Assembly (NCBI RefSeq): GCF_009914755.1
Contig: NC_060934.1
Direction: 5' to 3' (one strand)
Origin: the human T2T-CHM13v2.0 reference genome, Homo sapiens
DNA: 64,000 bases
Position numbers and translations under genes: made by a program. The stretch's first letter is position 1, and the number at the start of each line of letters is the position of its first letter. Shown here piece after piece: positions 13,225 to 24,279 of this stretch. A model generated the notes under the pieces. The model was not told the origin of the DNA. It saw only the letters and a program-made list of their open reading frames with translations, and did not search any database.

Positions 13225-13730
13225 TGTGGTATGCAGAAAATAATGCCCTGTTATATGTCCATTACCTAATTCCAGGAGCCTTGGAATATGTTACCTTACC
13301 TGGTAAAAAGGACTTTGTAGATGTGTTTAAAGTTAAGAACCTCCATATGGAAAAACTGTCCCAAATTATCTGGATAGACCCAATCTCATCACATTAGTTT
13401 TAAAAATATTAAACCTTCCTTGGCTGTGGTCAGGGAGAGAAATGTGATTGTAGAAGAATGGCAGGCAAATGTAACATTGCTAGTTTTGAAAACAAAAGGA
13501 GTCCAGAAGTCAAGGGACGTGGGTGGCCACTATAAGCTAGAAAGATCGAGAAAACTGATTCTCCCCTAGAGCCTCCAGAAAGTAGCATTACCTTGCCAAT
13601 TTAACCTGATTTTAATCGTCAGACCTGTGTCAAGCATGTGACTTAGAGAAGTATAAGATATTACATTTGTGTTGTTTTAAGTCACTAATTTTGTGATAAA
13701 TTGCTAAGACAGCAGTAGATAACTAATACA
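13225..13730 (+). mobile_element. MLT1 (MLT1D-like) MaLR solo LTR
   Basis: TGTGGT...GAATATGTTACCTTACCTGGTAAAAAGGACTTTGTAGATGTG...CTCCCCTAGAGCCTCCAGAA...AACTAATACA; imperfect 5-bp TSD CCTAG/GCTAG. Confidence 0.88.
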
Positions 13731-14364
13731 GCTAGAAAACAATTTTAAAATACATTTTAAAAAGAACTTCAACATGCCAATATCTAATGAATAAAACCAA
13801 AAATAGGATGAAAAATTAAAATGAAACTTAGAATTTTTCTATATTACATATTTGGGAAATTTGAATTATTTCATAATATTCTGATCTCAAAAATATGAAA
13901 AAAGTAGCTTGTCTAGTTATCATTCACCTGAAAGCAACTGTTTTAAACCTGTCATTACAATCTGATAAAAAGTAATATGTCTCATTCAGTCCCAACTACG
14001 CTCAACATGACCCAATCTTGTCAGAACCCAATGTGAAGCTTCAAGTGTACAGGAATTTACAATGACAATGCTCCATGGAATTTTCAATGACAATCAATGT
14101 TCCAAAAAAGCTATGACCTACACTTGAGGCTATCCCAAGGAGAAGCAAATATCATAGCAGCATCTTACATTTGTGAACACAGTGGTAAATATAGAGCATA
14201 CAAAACCATGCATGGGTATTTTCTTCTGTTTTTAACAATGGATAATGAATGTCAAAAGTGATATTCAAACTAGCAATATGCAAGTTAAAATTAAATCCAT
14301 AAAGCACAGCAAAATAAGCATTTGTTCCATTGTAGAGCTCACGTTTCCTTGAGCACTTATTTTC

Positions 14365-14460
14365 TTTCTTTTCCCTCCTCTCTGCTCCTGTCCCCTCCCC
14401 TCCCTCCTTCCCTTCCTTCCTCCTTTCCTTTCTTCCTTCGACTTCCTTCCTGACTTCCAT
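14365..14460. repeat. CT-rich polypyrimidine low-complexity tract
   Basis: (CCTT/CCCT)n-like run next to the L1M tail. Confidence 0.8.
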
Positions 14461-15959
14461 TTTTCTTTTTTCAGCTTTATTGAGGTATAGCTGACAAGTA
14501 AAAATGAACATATTTAAGGTGTGCAACTTGATTTTTGTATATGCATACATTGTGAAATGATCATCATAATCAAGCTAATTAACATATCCATCACATCCAT
14601 AATGTAAAACATATCTAATGTTGTACATTAGATATACTGTTACCATGCTGTACAATAGGTATATGCCACATTTTCCTTATTCATTTATCTGTCCATGGAC
14701 ACTTAAGTTGTATCCATACCATAGCTATTGTATATAAAGCTGAAATGAAAACTAAAGCAAATATCGATTCAAAATTATTTTATTTCCTTTGAATAAAGAC
14801 TCAGAAGTGGGATTGCTGAAGCATTTGGTAGTTCCATTTTTAATTGTTAAAGGAATCTTCATATTGTTTTCCATAATGGCCACACCAATTTACATTCCCA
14901 TCAATATGTCTTCCTTTTTCTCCACTTCCTTCACAAAATTTATATTTTGAAGTTTGATAATAGCCATTCAAACAGGAATGTGGTGATACATTTTTGTGGT
15001 TTTGATTTGTATTTCCTGATAATTAATGTCATTAATCTTTCATCTTTCATCTACCTATTGACCTGTCGTCTTTCATCTAGCTGTTTGCCATTTGTACATC
15101 TTTGGATTAATGTCCATTTTTGTAAATTTATTTTTCTATTGAGTTTTGTGAACTCCTTATATATTTTGAATATTACCTTTTATCAGATATACAGTTGCAA
15201 ATATTTTCTGTAGTTTGTCTTTTCAGTCTGTTGATTGTTTCTTTTACTGTGCAGAAGCTTTTTAGTTTGATGCAATTCCACTTCTATACTTTTGTTTTTG
15301 TTGCCTGTGCTTTTGCTCTCATATCCAAAAAAATCATTGCCAGAACCAATGACAAGAATCTTTTTCCTGATGGCTTTTTGCTATTAGTTTTACAGTTTCA
15401 AGTCTTATGTTTATGTCTTTAATCCATTTTAAGTTAATTTTTATTTTTGTATGTGGTAAGAGCTTATCTTCATTTTTCTACATGTGGATATCCAGTTTTC
15501 TCAGCACCATTTATTGAAGAAAATACCTTTTCCCCAGTGTGTATTCTTGGTGCCCTTATTGTAGGCTGGTTTACTCTAAGTGCATGGATTTATTTCTGGG
15601 CTCTCTGTTTTCTTGCATTAATCTATATGTCTGTTTTTATGCAAATTCCACACTGTTTTGATTAGATTTGTAAATTATTTTGAAATCAGAAAGTGTGATG
15701 CCTCTAGCTTGCTTTTCTTGCTCATAATTGGTTTAGCTATTTGCTATTTGGAGTTTATTGTGGTTCCATATAAATTTTAGAATTTTTTTTCCTATTTCTG
15801 TAAAGAATGCCATTGGAATTTTGACAGGGATTGCATGAACCTGTTGATTCCTTTTGGCTAGCATGGCTACTAAAACAATATTAATTATTTCAATTCATAA
15901 ACATTTATTTTCCATGGATGAATGTTTTTTCATTTATCTATGCTTTAACATTTTTCCTT
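14460..15959 (-). mobile_element. Old L1M (L1MA-like), 3' part; host of the nested L1
   Basis: Antisense L1MA 3' end (TTTTCAGCTTTATTGAGGTATAG...TACATTGTGAAATGATC...CAAGCTAATTAACATATCCATCAC) followed by antisense ORF2 (GCAGAAGCTTTTTAGTTTGATG; CAGCACCATTTATTGAAGA). Confidence 0.9.
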
Positions 15960-18900
15960 GATTCCTCCTCCAAGATGGCCAACTAGATGCAGCCAGGAGA
16001 AACATCTCCCACAGAGGGACCACGACATCAGGAAGACGGGTGTACCCCTAGTAAATCTTCAGAGGGAAGGCATTGAGAGCAGATAGAGAGAAGATACAGA
16101 AGGTGGGATAAAGGGAGATGAAGCTGGGAATGCTGCATGTGGCTACCACACACCAGGACTCATTCCTGGCTCCCAGCAACTCCTGTGGAAGGGGTGAGTT
16201 GAACAGAAATGAGCAACTCACTCTCACCATGAGCCTCTGGAATCATAGCAGGAGGAGTCTTGTCAGCCACCATGGACACTTGAGTTGGCAGAGAAAGCTA
16301 CTTAGTGAAGTGGTAGGGACAGAACTCCAGCTGCAGCAGAGCCCATGGGGTTTGGTGCAGGAGCATCTATAGTGGAGAACAGCCAGGGATGCCCATCCCC
16401 CTAGGCTTGATTTGCTCCTATAGTAGACATTAGCCCTAAGGAAAGGGGTGAACGTAGACTCTGTAGAGCAGTCTTGCCCATGAGATGAGCCAGGCCCCCT
16501 GAGCACCCTTTGGTGTGCTGTCTTCTCTTTGGGCCCCAGCCTGCCTGTACCTGCTAGCAGTGTACCCCCCCAGGCACCTCAAGGGGGCCTGCCTCATTGC
16601 TCCTGCACTGGTGGACTGCAGCTGACTGGGAGAGTGCTCCAGAAGAGCAAACCCTGTGTATACATATAAGACTGCCCATGTCCTCCCCACACTACAGCCT
16701 CCTCCATACTGCTTTGCCGGCAGGCACTCGCTGCCAGCGATCCCCATACATCTCTTTGCCTGTACATGTGTTTGCAGACAGACCTAGCCTTTCCTTCTCT
16801 GACAGTGCATGTGTACACATGTACCATGCCATGCCATGCCACTATTGCTGGCTTGAGTGTGCCCCATCCCTTCTCCCCCTGTTGCACTGCCATTTTTGTT
16901 GGAGCATTGGAGGGCATATAGTTTGACAGCTCTGCCACCACCAGTGCTCCACTCCTGTGCCAAAACTGCTGGCATGAAACTAAGCACAGAAAACAGTGTA
17001 TCTACTCCCATCCCTGAGAGGTCACTGCTGTAAGCAAGAATGCTCACAGAGGGTGCACACAGTCCTGCGACCACTAGCGCCCCATCCCTGTGCTAACACC
17101 AGCACCAGTACAAATGTGCACACCATTGCCAGCAGGGCCCTCCACCTTCCCAAACCATACCGCCACAGCCACTACTACAAACACCCACATGGAGGCTGTC
17201 ATCTTCCATGTGGATGGAGGATGCCGCTGGTACATGCAAATGTGGACACATCCCACTACGACTGTCCTACAAAATGCTTTGGCTGGGAGTAGCCATTAGA
17301 GTGTTGTGACCAGCAGTCTGAGATCACATTGACCCCTCCAGTGCAGCAGGTTCCTAAACTTGATCCACAGGTAATAGCTGGTGTATGATACCAGTCTCCC
17401 AGAGTTAGAGCACACAATGCAGAGTGCTGAGCTGAGCCTTGGCCACCTGAAGTCTTCCACTAACAAAGCCAGGTGACTGAACACAGCTTATACCATAATC
17501 AAACCCTCAAGGTCATAAAATAGAATAAAAGAAAAAAAATCCAAAGGACAGCAACTTCAAAGATTGAAGGAACACCAGCCCACAAAGATGAGAAAGAACC
17601 AGTGCAGGAACTCTGACAACTCAAAAAGCCAGAGTGCCTTCTTTCCTCCAAATGAGCACACTAGCCCTCCAGCAAGAATTCCTAATGAGGCAGAGGTAGC
17701 TGAAATGACAGAAATAGCATTCAGATTATGGATAGGAATAAAAATCATTGAGTTTTGGGAGAATGTTGAAACCACATCTAAGGAAGCTAAGAATCACAAT
17801 ATTAAGATACAGAAGGTAACAGACAAAATAGCCAGTACAGAAAAACAAACAAACAAACAAACAAAAAACATAAATGACAGGATAGAGCTGAAAAACACTC
17901 TACAAGAATTTCATAATGCAATTGTATTAAGAGAAGAATACCAAGCTAAGGAAAGAATCTCAGAGCTCAAAGACTGTTTTTCTTAAATAAGATGGTCAGA
18001 CAAGAATAAAGAAAAAAGAATAAAAAGGAATGAAGCAAACCTCCAGGAAATATAGGAATATATAAAGAGACCAATATTATGACTCATTGGTGTCCCCGAA
18101 AGAGATGAGAAGAAAGAAAGCAACTTGGAAAACATAAGTCAGGATATCATCCATGAGAACTTCCCCAACCTAACCACCAATATTCAAATTCAGAAAATGA
18201 AGAGAACTCCCACAAAGTACTTCACAAGAAGATCATCCCCAAGATACATAATTATCAGGTTCTGTAAGGTCAAAATGAAAGAAAAAAATGTTAAAAGTAG
18301 CTAGAGAGAAAGGACAGATCACCTACAAAAGGAAGCCCATCAGACTAACAGCAGACCTCTCAGTACAAATCCTACAAGTCAGAAGAGATTTGGGACCTAT
18401 ATTCAATAACCTAAAGAGAAGAAATTCCAGCCAAAGAAATTTATATTTGGCTAAACAAAGCTTCCTAAGTGAAGGGAAATATGATCCTTTTCAGAAAAGC
18501 AAATGCTGAGGGATTTTATTACCACCAGACCTGCCTTACAAGAGCTTCTGGAAGCATTAATATGGATGGGAAAGACCATAACCAGCAACCACACAAACTC
18601 ACTTAAGAACACAGACCAGTAACACTATAAAGCAACCAAACAAGTCAGCATAATAAGTCGACAGCAACAGGATAACAAGATCAAATACACATTAATACTA
18701 ACCTTGAATGTAAATGAACTAATTTTCCCAATTAAAAGGCACAGAATGTAAGCTGGATAAAGAACCAAAACACAATTGTATGCTGTCTGCAAGAGACCCA
18801 TCTGACATGCAGTGATGCCCACAGAATCAAATAAAGGAATGGAAAAAAATCTGCCATGCAAAGAGAACACAGAAAAAAAGCAATTATTGCAATCCTAATT

Positions 18901-21900
18901 TCAGACAAAAAAGATTTTAAACCAATAAAAATAAGAAATGGCAAAGAAGGGCATTATATAATAGAAAAGGGTTCAATTCAACAAGACCTAACTAGCCTAT
19001 ATATACATGCACCTAACACAGAAACATTCAGATTTATAAACCAAGTTCTTAGGGACCTTCAAGGAGACTTAGGCTACTACACAATAATACGGGGAAATTT
19101 TGACACCCCCACTGACAGTATTAGACAGACCATTTAAGCAGAAAATTAACAAAAATAATCAGAACATGAACTTAACACTGGACCAAATTGAGCTGTGAAA
19201 CAGCTACATAACTGTTCATCAAAAAACAACATAATGTACATTCTTCTCATGTACACACAACACATATTCTAACAATGACCACACAATCAAACATAAAGCA
19301 ATCCTCAGCAAATGCAAAAGAAACGAGATCATACCAACCACTCTCTTGGACAACAGCACAATAAACATAGAATTGAAGAACAAGAAAATCAGTCAAAACC
19401 ATACAATCACATGGAATTTAACAACCTGTTCCTGAATGACTTTTGGGTAAATAATGAAATTAAGGCAGAAATCAAGAAGTATTTTGAAATTAGTGAGAAC
19501 AAAGATATAATATACCAGAATCTCTGGGACACAATTAAGGCAGTGTTGAGAGGGAAATTCATAGCACTAAACACCCCCATCAAAAAGTTAGAAAGACCTC
19601 AAATTAACAACCTAATATCATAGTTAAAAAGCTACAGAAGCAAGAGAAAAACAACAACAACAACAAAATAACAACAAAAACAAACAAACAAAAAAACCCA
19701 AAGCTAGCAGAAGATAAAAAATACACCAAATCAGAGCTGAACAGAGACTGAGACATAATACAACCATTCAAAAGATCAACGAAGCCAGGAGTTGACTTTT
19801 TGAAAACATTAATACAATAGATAGACCACTGGTTAAACTAAGAAAGAGGAAAACAGAGAAGATCCAAATAAACAGAATCATAAATGAGAAAGGGAATATT
19901 ACCACTGACCCCACAAAACTACAAATAACCATCAGAGACTACTATGAAATCCTCTATGAACACAAACTAGAAAATCTAGAATAAATGGATAAATTCCTAC
20001 ACACATACAGTCTTCCAAGCTGAACCAGGAAGAAATTAAATCCCTGAAGATAACTATAACAAATGCTGAAATTGAATCAGTAATAAACAGCCTGCAAACC
20101 AAAAACAGCCCTAGACCAGATGAATTCACTTCTGAATTCTACCAGATGTACAAAGAAGAGTTGGTGCATTCCTACTGAAACGGTTCCCCCACAATTGAGA
20201 AGGGACTTCTCCTCAACTCATTCTATGAGGCCAGTATCATCCTGATAACAAAACCTGGCAGAGACACAACAAAAAAGAGAACTTTAGGCCAATATACTTG
20301 ATGAACTTTGATGCAAATATCCTTAACAAAATACTACCCAGCTGAATCCAGCACTATATCACGAATCCACCACAATCAATATTCTTTATCCCTGGGATGC
20401 AAGGTTTGTTCAATATACAAAAACCAATAAATATGATTTATAAAATAAAGAGAACTAAAGACAAAAGCCACATGAACATCTCAATAGATGCAGAAAGACT
20501 TTTGAAAAAATTCTGCTTCCCTTCATGTTAAAAACTCTTTACAAATTAGGTATTGAAGGAATATACCTCAAAATAATAAGAGCCATATATTGCAAACCCA
20601 CAGCCAACATCAGACTGAATGGGCAAAAGCTGGAAGCACTGTCCTTGAAAACCAGCACCAAAAAAATGATTTCTCCACTTGCTATTTCTATTCAACACAG
20701 TATTGGAAATTCTGACCAGAGCAATCAGGCAAGAGAAAGAAATAAAAGGCATCCAAATAGGAGGAGAGGAAGTCAAACTAATCCTGTTTGCAGATGAAAT
20801 GATTCTATATCTAGAAAAGCCCAGTTTCAGCTCGAAAGCTCTGTAAGCTGACAAACAACTTCAGCAAAGTATCAAGGTATAAAAATCAATGTACAAAAAT
20901 GACTACCATTGCTATACATCAACAACAGCCAAGCTGAGAGCCAAATCAGGAATACAATCCCATTCACAATTGCCACAAAAAGAATAAAATACCTAGGAAT
21001 ACAGCTAACCAGAAAGGTGAAAGATCTCTACAATGAGAACTATAAAACACTGCTAAAAGAAATCAGAGATAACAGAAATAAATTAAAAAAAAAATTCTAT
21101 GCTCATGGATAGGAAGATTCAATATGGTTAAAATGACCATATTGCCCAAAGCAATTTGTACATAAAATGTTATTCCTATCTAATTAGCAACTACATTATT
21201 CCTATCCAATTAGCAATTACATTCTTCACAGAACTAGAAAAAAAATCAATTTTAAAATTCATATGGAACCAAAAACATAGCCCAAATAATCAAGGGAATC
21301 TTAAGCACAAAGAACAAAGCCGGAGGCATCATGCTACCTGACTTCAAACTATCCTACAGGGCTACAGTAACCAAAACAACATGGTATTGGTACAAGAACA
21401 TATGCATAGACCAAAAAAACAAAACAGAGAGTCAAGAAATAAGTCTGTACAGCTACAACCATCTGCTCTTTGAGAAAACTGACAAAAAATAAGTAATGGG
21501 GAAACAACTCCCTATTCAATAAATTGTGCTGGGATAACTGGCTAGCCATATGCAGAGATTGAAACTGGACCCTTTCCTTACATCATATACAAAAATCAAT
21601 TCAAAATGTATTAAATACTTAAATGTAAAACCCAAAACTATAAAAGCACTGGAAGACAACATAGGCAATACTATTCTGAACATAAGATCTGACAAAGATT
21701 TCATGGAAAATATGCCAAAAGCAATCACAGCAAAAGCAAAAATTGACAAACTAATTGAAAAACTGGTACACTAGTCTCCAGTGAAAGCAACTGCACCTGA
21801 AGTTAATGGAAAGAAAGAAGGGGAAAAGGAAGAAGAAGAGGAGGTAAAAGATGAGGGTGATAAGTTAGACCAAGCTGAAGAGGGAGGATCTGAGAAGGAA

Positions 21901-24245
21901 GCCTCTAGTGAAAAAGAGGAAGGTGAGCAGAAAGAAGGAGAAACAGAGGCTGAAGGTGAAGTAGAGGAAGCCAAAGCTAAAGAGGAAAAGAAAGTTGAGG
22001 AAAAGAGTGAGGAAGTGGCCACTAAGGAGGAGTTGGTGGCAGACACCAAGGTGGAAAAGCCAGAAAAAGCCAAGTCTACTGTGCCAAAATCACCAAAGGA
22101 AGAGGCAAAGTCAAAAGCAGAAGTGGGGAAAGGTGAACAGAAAGAGGAAGAAAAGGAAATCGAGGAAGCTCCCAAGGAATAGAAGGTAGAGAAAAAGGAA
22201 GAGAAACCAATGGATGTGCCAGAGAAGAAGAAAGCTGAGTCCCTGGTAAAGGAGGAAGCCATGGAGGAGGCAGTCACCATTACCAAATTGGTAAAGGTGC
22301 ACTTGGAGAAAGAGACCAAAGAAGAGGGAAGCCACAGCAACAGGAGAAAGAGGAGAAAGTGGGAGGAAATGGGGAATGAGAAGGAAGGGAGTGATAAAGA
22401 TTCCAAGGAATCCAGGAAGAAAGACATAGCTGTCAATGGAGAGGTAGAAGGAAAAGAGAAGGGAGAGCAGGAGACCAAGGCAAAAGGCAGTGGGAGGGAA
22501 GAGGAGTCAGACATTGTCACCAATGACCTAGACTTAAGCCCAGCAGATGAAAAGAAGGGGGATGATAAAAATGAAGATAAAGTGGTGGTGACCAAAATAG
22601 TAGAAAAAATCACCAGTGAGAGGGAGATGGTGCTACCAAATACATCACTAAAACTGTAACCATCACTCAAATGGTCGAAGAGCATGAAGAGACCTTTGAG
22701 GAGAAACCAGTGTCTACTAAAAAGGTAGAAAATGTCACTTCACATGCCGTAATAAAGGAAGTCACCCAGAGTGACTAAGATTTGAGTCCACTGCAAAAGT
22801 TTAAGCCATACGACAATTTCAAAATGCATGTGATTGACAGCTTCAAAACAGAACAGATTCTCCCATAGGGGCTCCAGACATTGTATTTTACTTTGTGCAA
22901 TATGAGGAGACTGCATGCAAGCTCAGTGTGCTCCCCCCTCAGTCTTTGGGGGATTCAAATGCATGATACTGTATGTACCTGGGAAATTTACCAATTTCCT
23001 GCACTGTTGGAAGGGGGTCACTCAGAAGGGGAGATGTCTTGAGATGTATTATGTAAAGTACCAACTGAGCCAAAAACAATAAATGAAACACAGAACTCTC
23101 TTAGCCTTAAGAAAGCTATATATGAATAATTATGTTTACCACACTGGTGCATTTAAAATGGACTTTTCTTCATGGGAGAACCTCGTTGACACGGACAGTT
23201 TGCAATCTTATGTTGATCGATGTGAAATGTCATAGCAGTACTTGCTCAATAAAGGTCATATTGGAAACATAGTCAAAAAATAAATAAATGAAAGAGCTTC
23301 TGCACAGCAAAGGAAACTATCAACAAAGTTACCAGACAACCTATAGAATGGGAGAAATTATTTGCAGATTATGTAGCTGACAAAGGTCGATTATCTAGCA
23401 TCTATAAGGAATTTAAACAAATTTACAGGAAAAAACAAACAGCCCCACTAAAAAGGGTGAAAAGTATATGAACAGACACTTTTCAAACACAAAAACAAAA
23501 AAATACTTGCAGCCAAAAAAAAGTATTTTAAAAAAGCTCAACATCACTGATCATTAGAGACACGCAAATAAAAACCACAATAGAAAACATCTCACACCAG
23601 TCAGAAAGCTTTTTATTAAAAAGTCAGAAAGTAGCATATGTTGGCCTGGTTGTGGAGAAGAGGGCTCACTTTTACACTGTTGGTGGGAGTATAATTTAGT
23701 TCGTCCATTGTAAGAAGCAGTGTGGTAACTCCTCAAAGAACCAAAAACAGAACTGCCATTTGACCCAGCAATCCCATTACTGGGTATATAGCCAAAGGAA
23801 TATGATTGACGTATTATAAAGACACATGCCCACATATGTTCATTTCAGTAAATGTGGTACATATGCACCACGGAATTCTATGCAGTCATAAAAAGAATGA
23901 GACCATGTCCTTTGCGGTAACATGGATGGAGCAAGAGACCATTATTCTATGCAAACTAATACAGGGACAGAAAAACAGAAAACAGAAATACTGCATGTTC
24001 TCACTTATAAGTGGGAGCTAAATGATGAAAACACATGGACACAAAGACAGCAACAACCAGACAGTGAGGCCAACCGGAAGGTGGAGGGTAAGAGGGAGAG
24101 GATCTGAAAAAAGTAGTTATTAGCTACTTTGCTTAGTACACAGGTGATTAAACATTCTGAATATCAAACCCCCATGACATAATTTTACCTATATAACAAA
24201 CCTGCACATATACCCCTAAACCTAAAAGTTTTCTAAAAAAGAAAA
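15960..24245 (+). mobile_element. Near full-length dead LINE-1 (L1PA13-16/L1PREC2-like) with 5' UTR, ORF1, ORF2 and 3' UTR; interrupted by the NEFM retrocopy
   Basis: 5' end CCAAGATGGCCAACTAGATGCAGCCAGG; GC-rich 5' UTR to about 17500; ORF1 from ATG 17588 (MRKNQCRNSDNSKSQSA; KVAREKGQITYKRKPIRLTADLS); ORF2 fragments (AIIAILISDKKDFKP; [16 protein letters not shown]; [17 protein letters not shown]; KYLGIQLT; [15 protein letters not shown]); 3' UTR ending ACCTGCACATATACCCCTAAACCTAAAA; TSD-like AACATTTT(T)CCTT at 15947-15959 and 24268-24279. Confidence 0.95.
21773..23288 (+). pseudogene. NEFMP1: 5'-truncated processed pseudogene of neurofilament medium chain (NEFM tail domain, 3' UTR and poly(A))
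   Basis: Translates to NF-M tail sequence (SPVKATAPEV; DQAEEGGSEKE; EEKKVEEKSEEVATKEELV; DIAVNGEVEGKE; LDLSPADEKKG; VVVTK; terminal KEVTQSD* with TAA at 22776-22778). Premature TAG at 22180-22182; frameshifts near 22328 and 22621. AATAAA at 23078 and 23248; A-tail from 23275. Gene symbol is from recall. Confidence 0.95.
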
Positions 24246-24279
24246 ATGTTGTATTTTGCAAAAAGTAAACATTTTCCTT

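Noticed and set aside
14152-14550. 132-aa ORF with a charged stretch
   Set aside because: Arises from the L1M tail plus the CT-rich low-complexity tract.
16000-17500. GC-richer region with many overlapping ORFs, resembling a promoter or gene
   Set aside because: It is the CpG-depleted 5' UTR of the old L1; the ORFs are incidental.
17564-21774. L1 ORF1/ORF2 fragments as an active element
   Set aside because: Numerous stops and frameshifts, and the element is interrupted by the retrocopy.
21781-22659. 133-aa and 149-aa Glu/Lys-rich ORFs as a functional retrogene
   Set aside because: They are pieces of the NEFM pseudogene broken by a TAG and frameshifts, lacking the head and rod domains.
21771-22685. 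304-aa Ser/Phe-rich minus-strand ORF, the longest in the window
   Set aside because: It is the antisense shadow of the purine-rich NEFM tail, where stop codons are rare by composition. It is low complexity and starts at a non-ATG codon.
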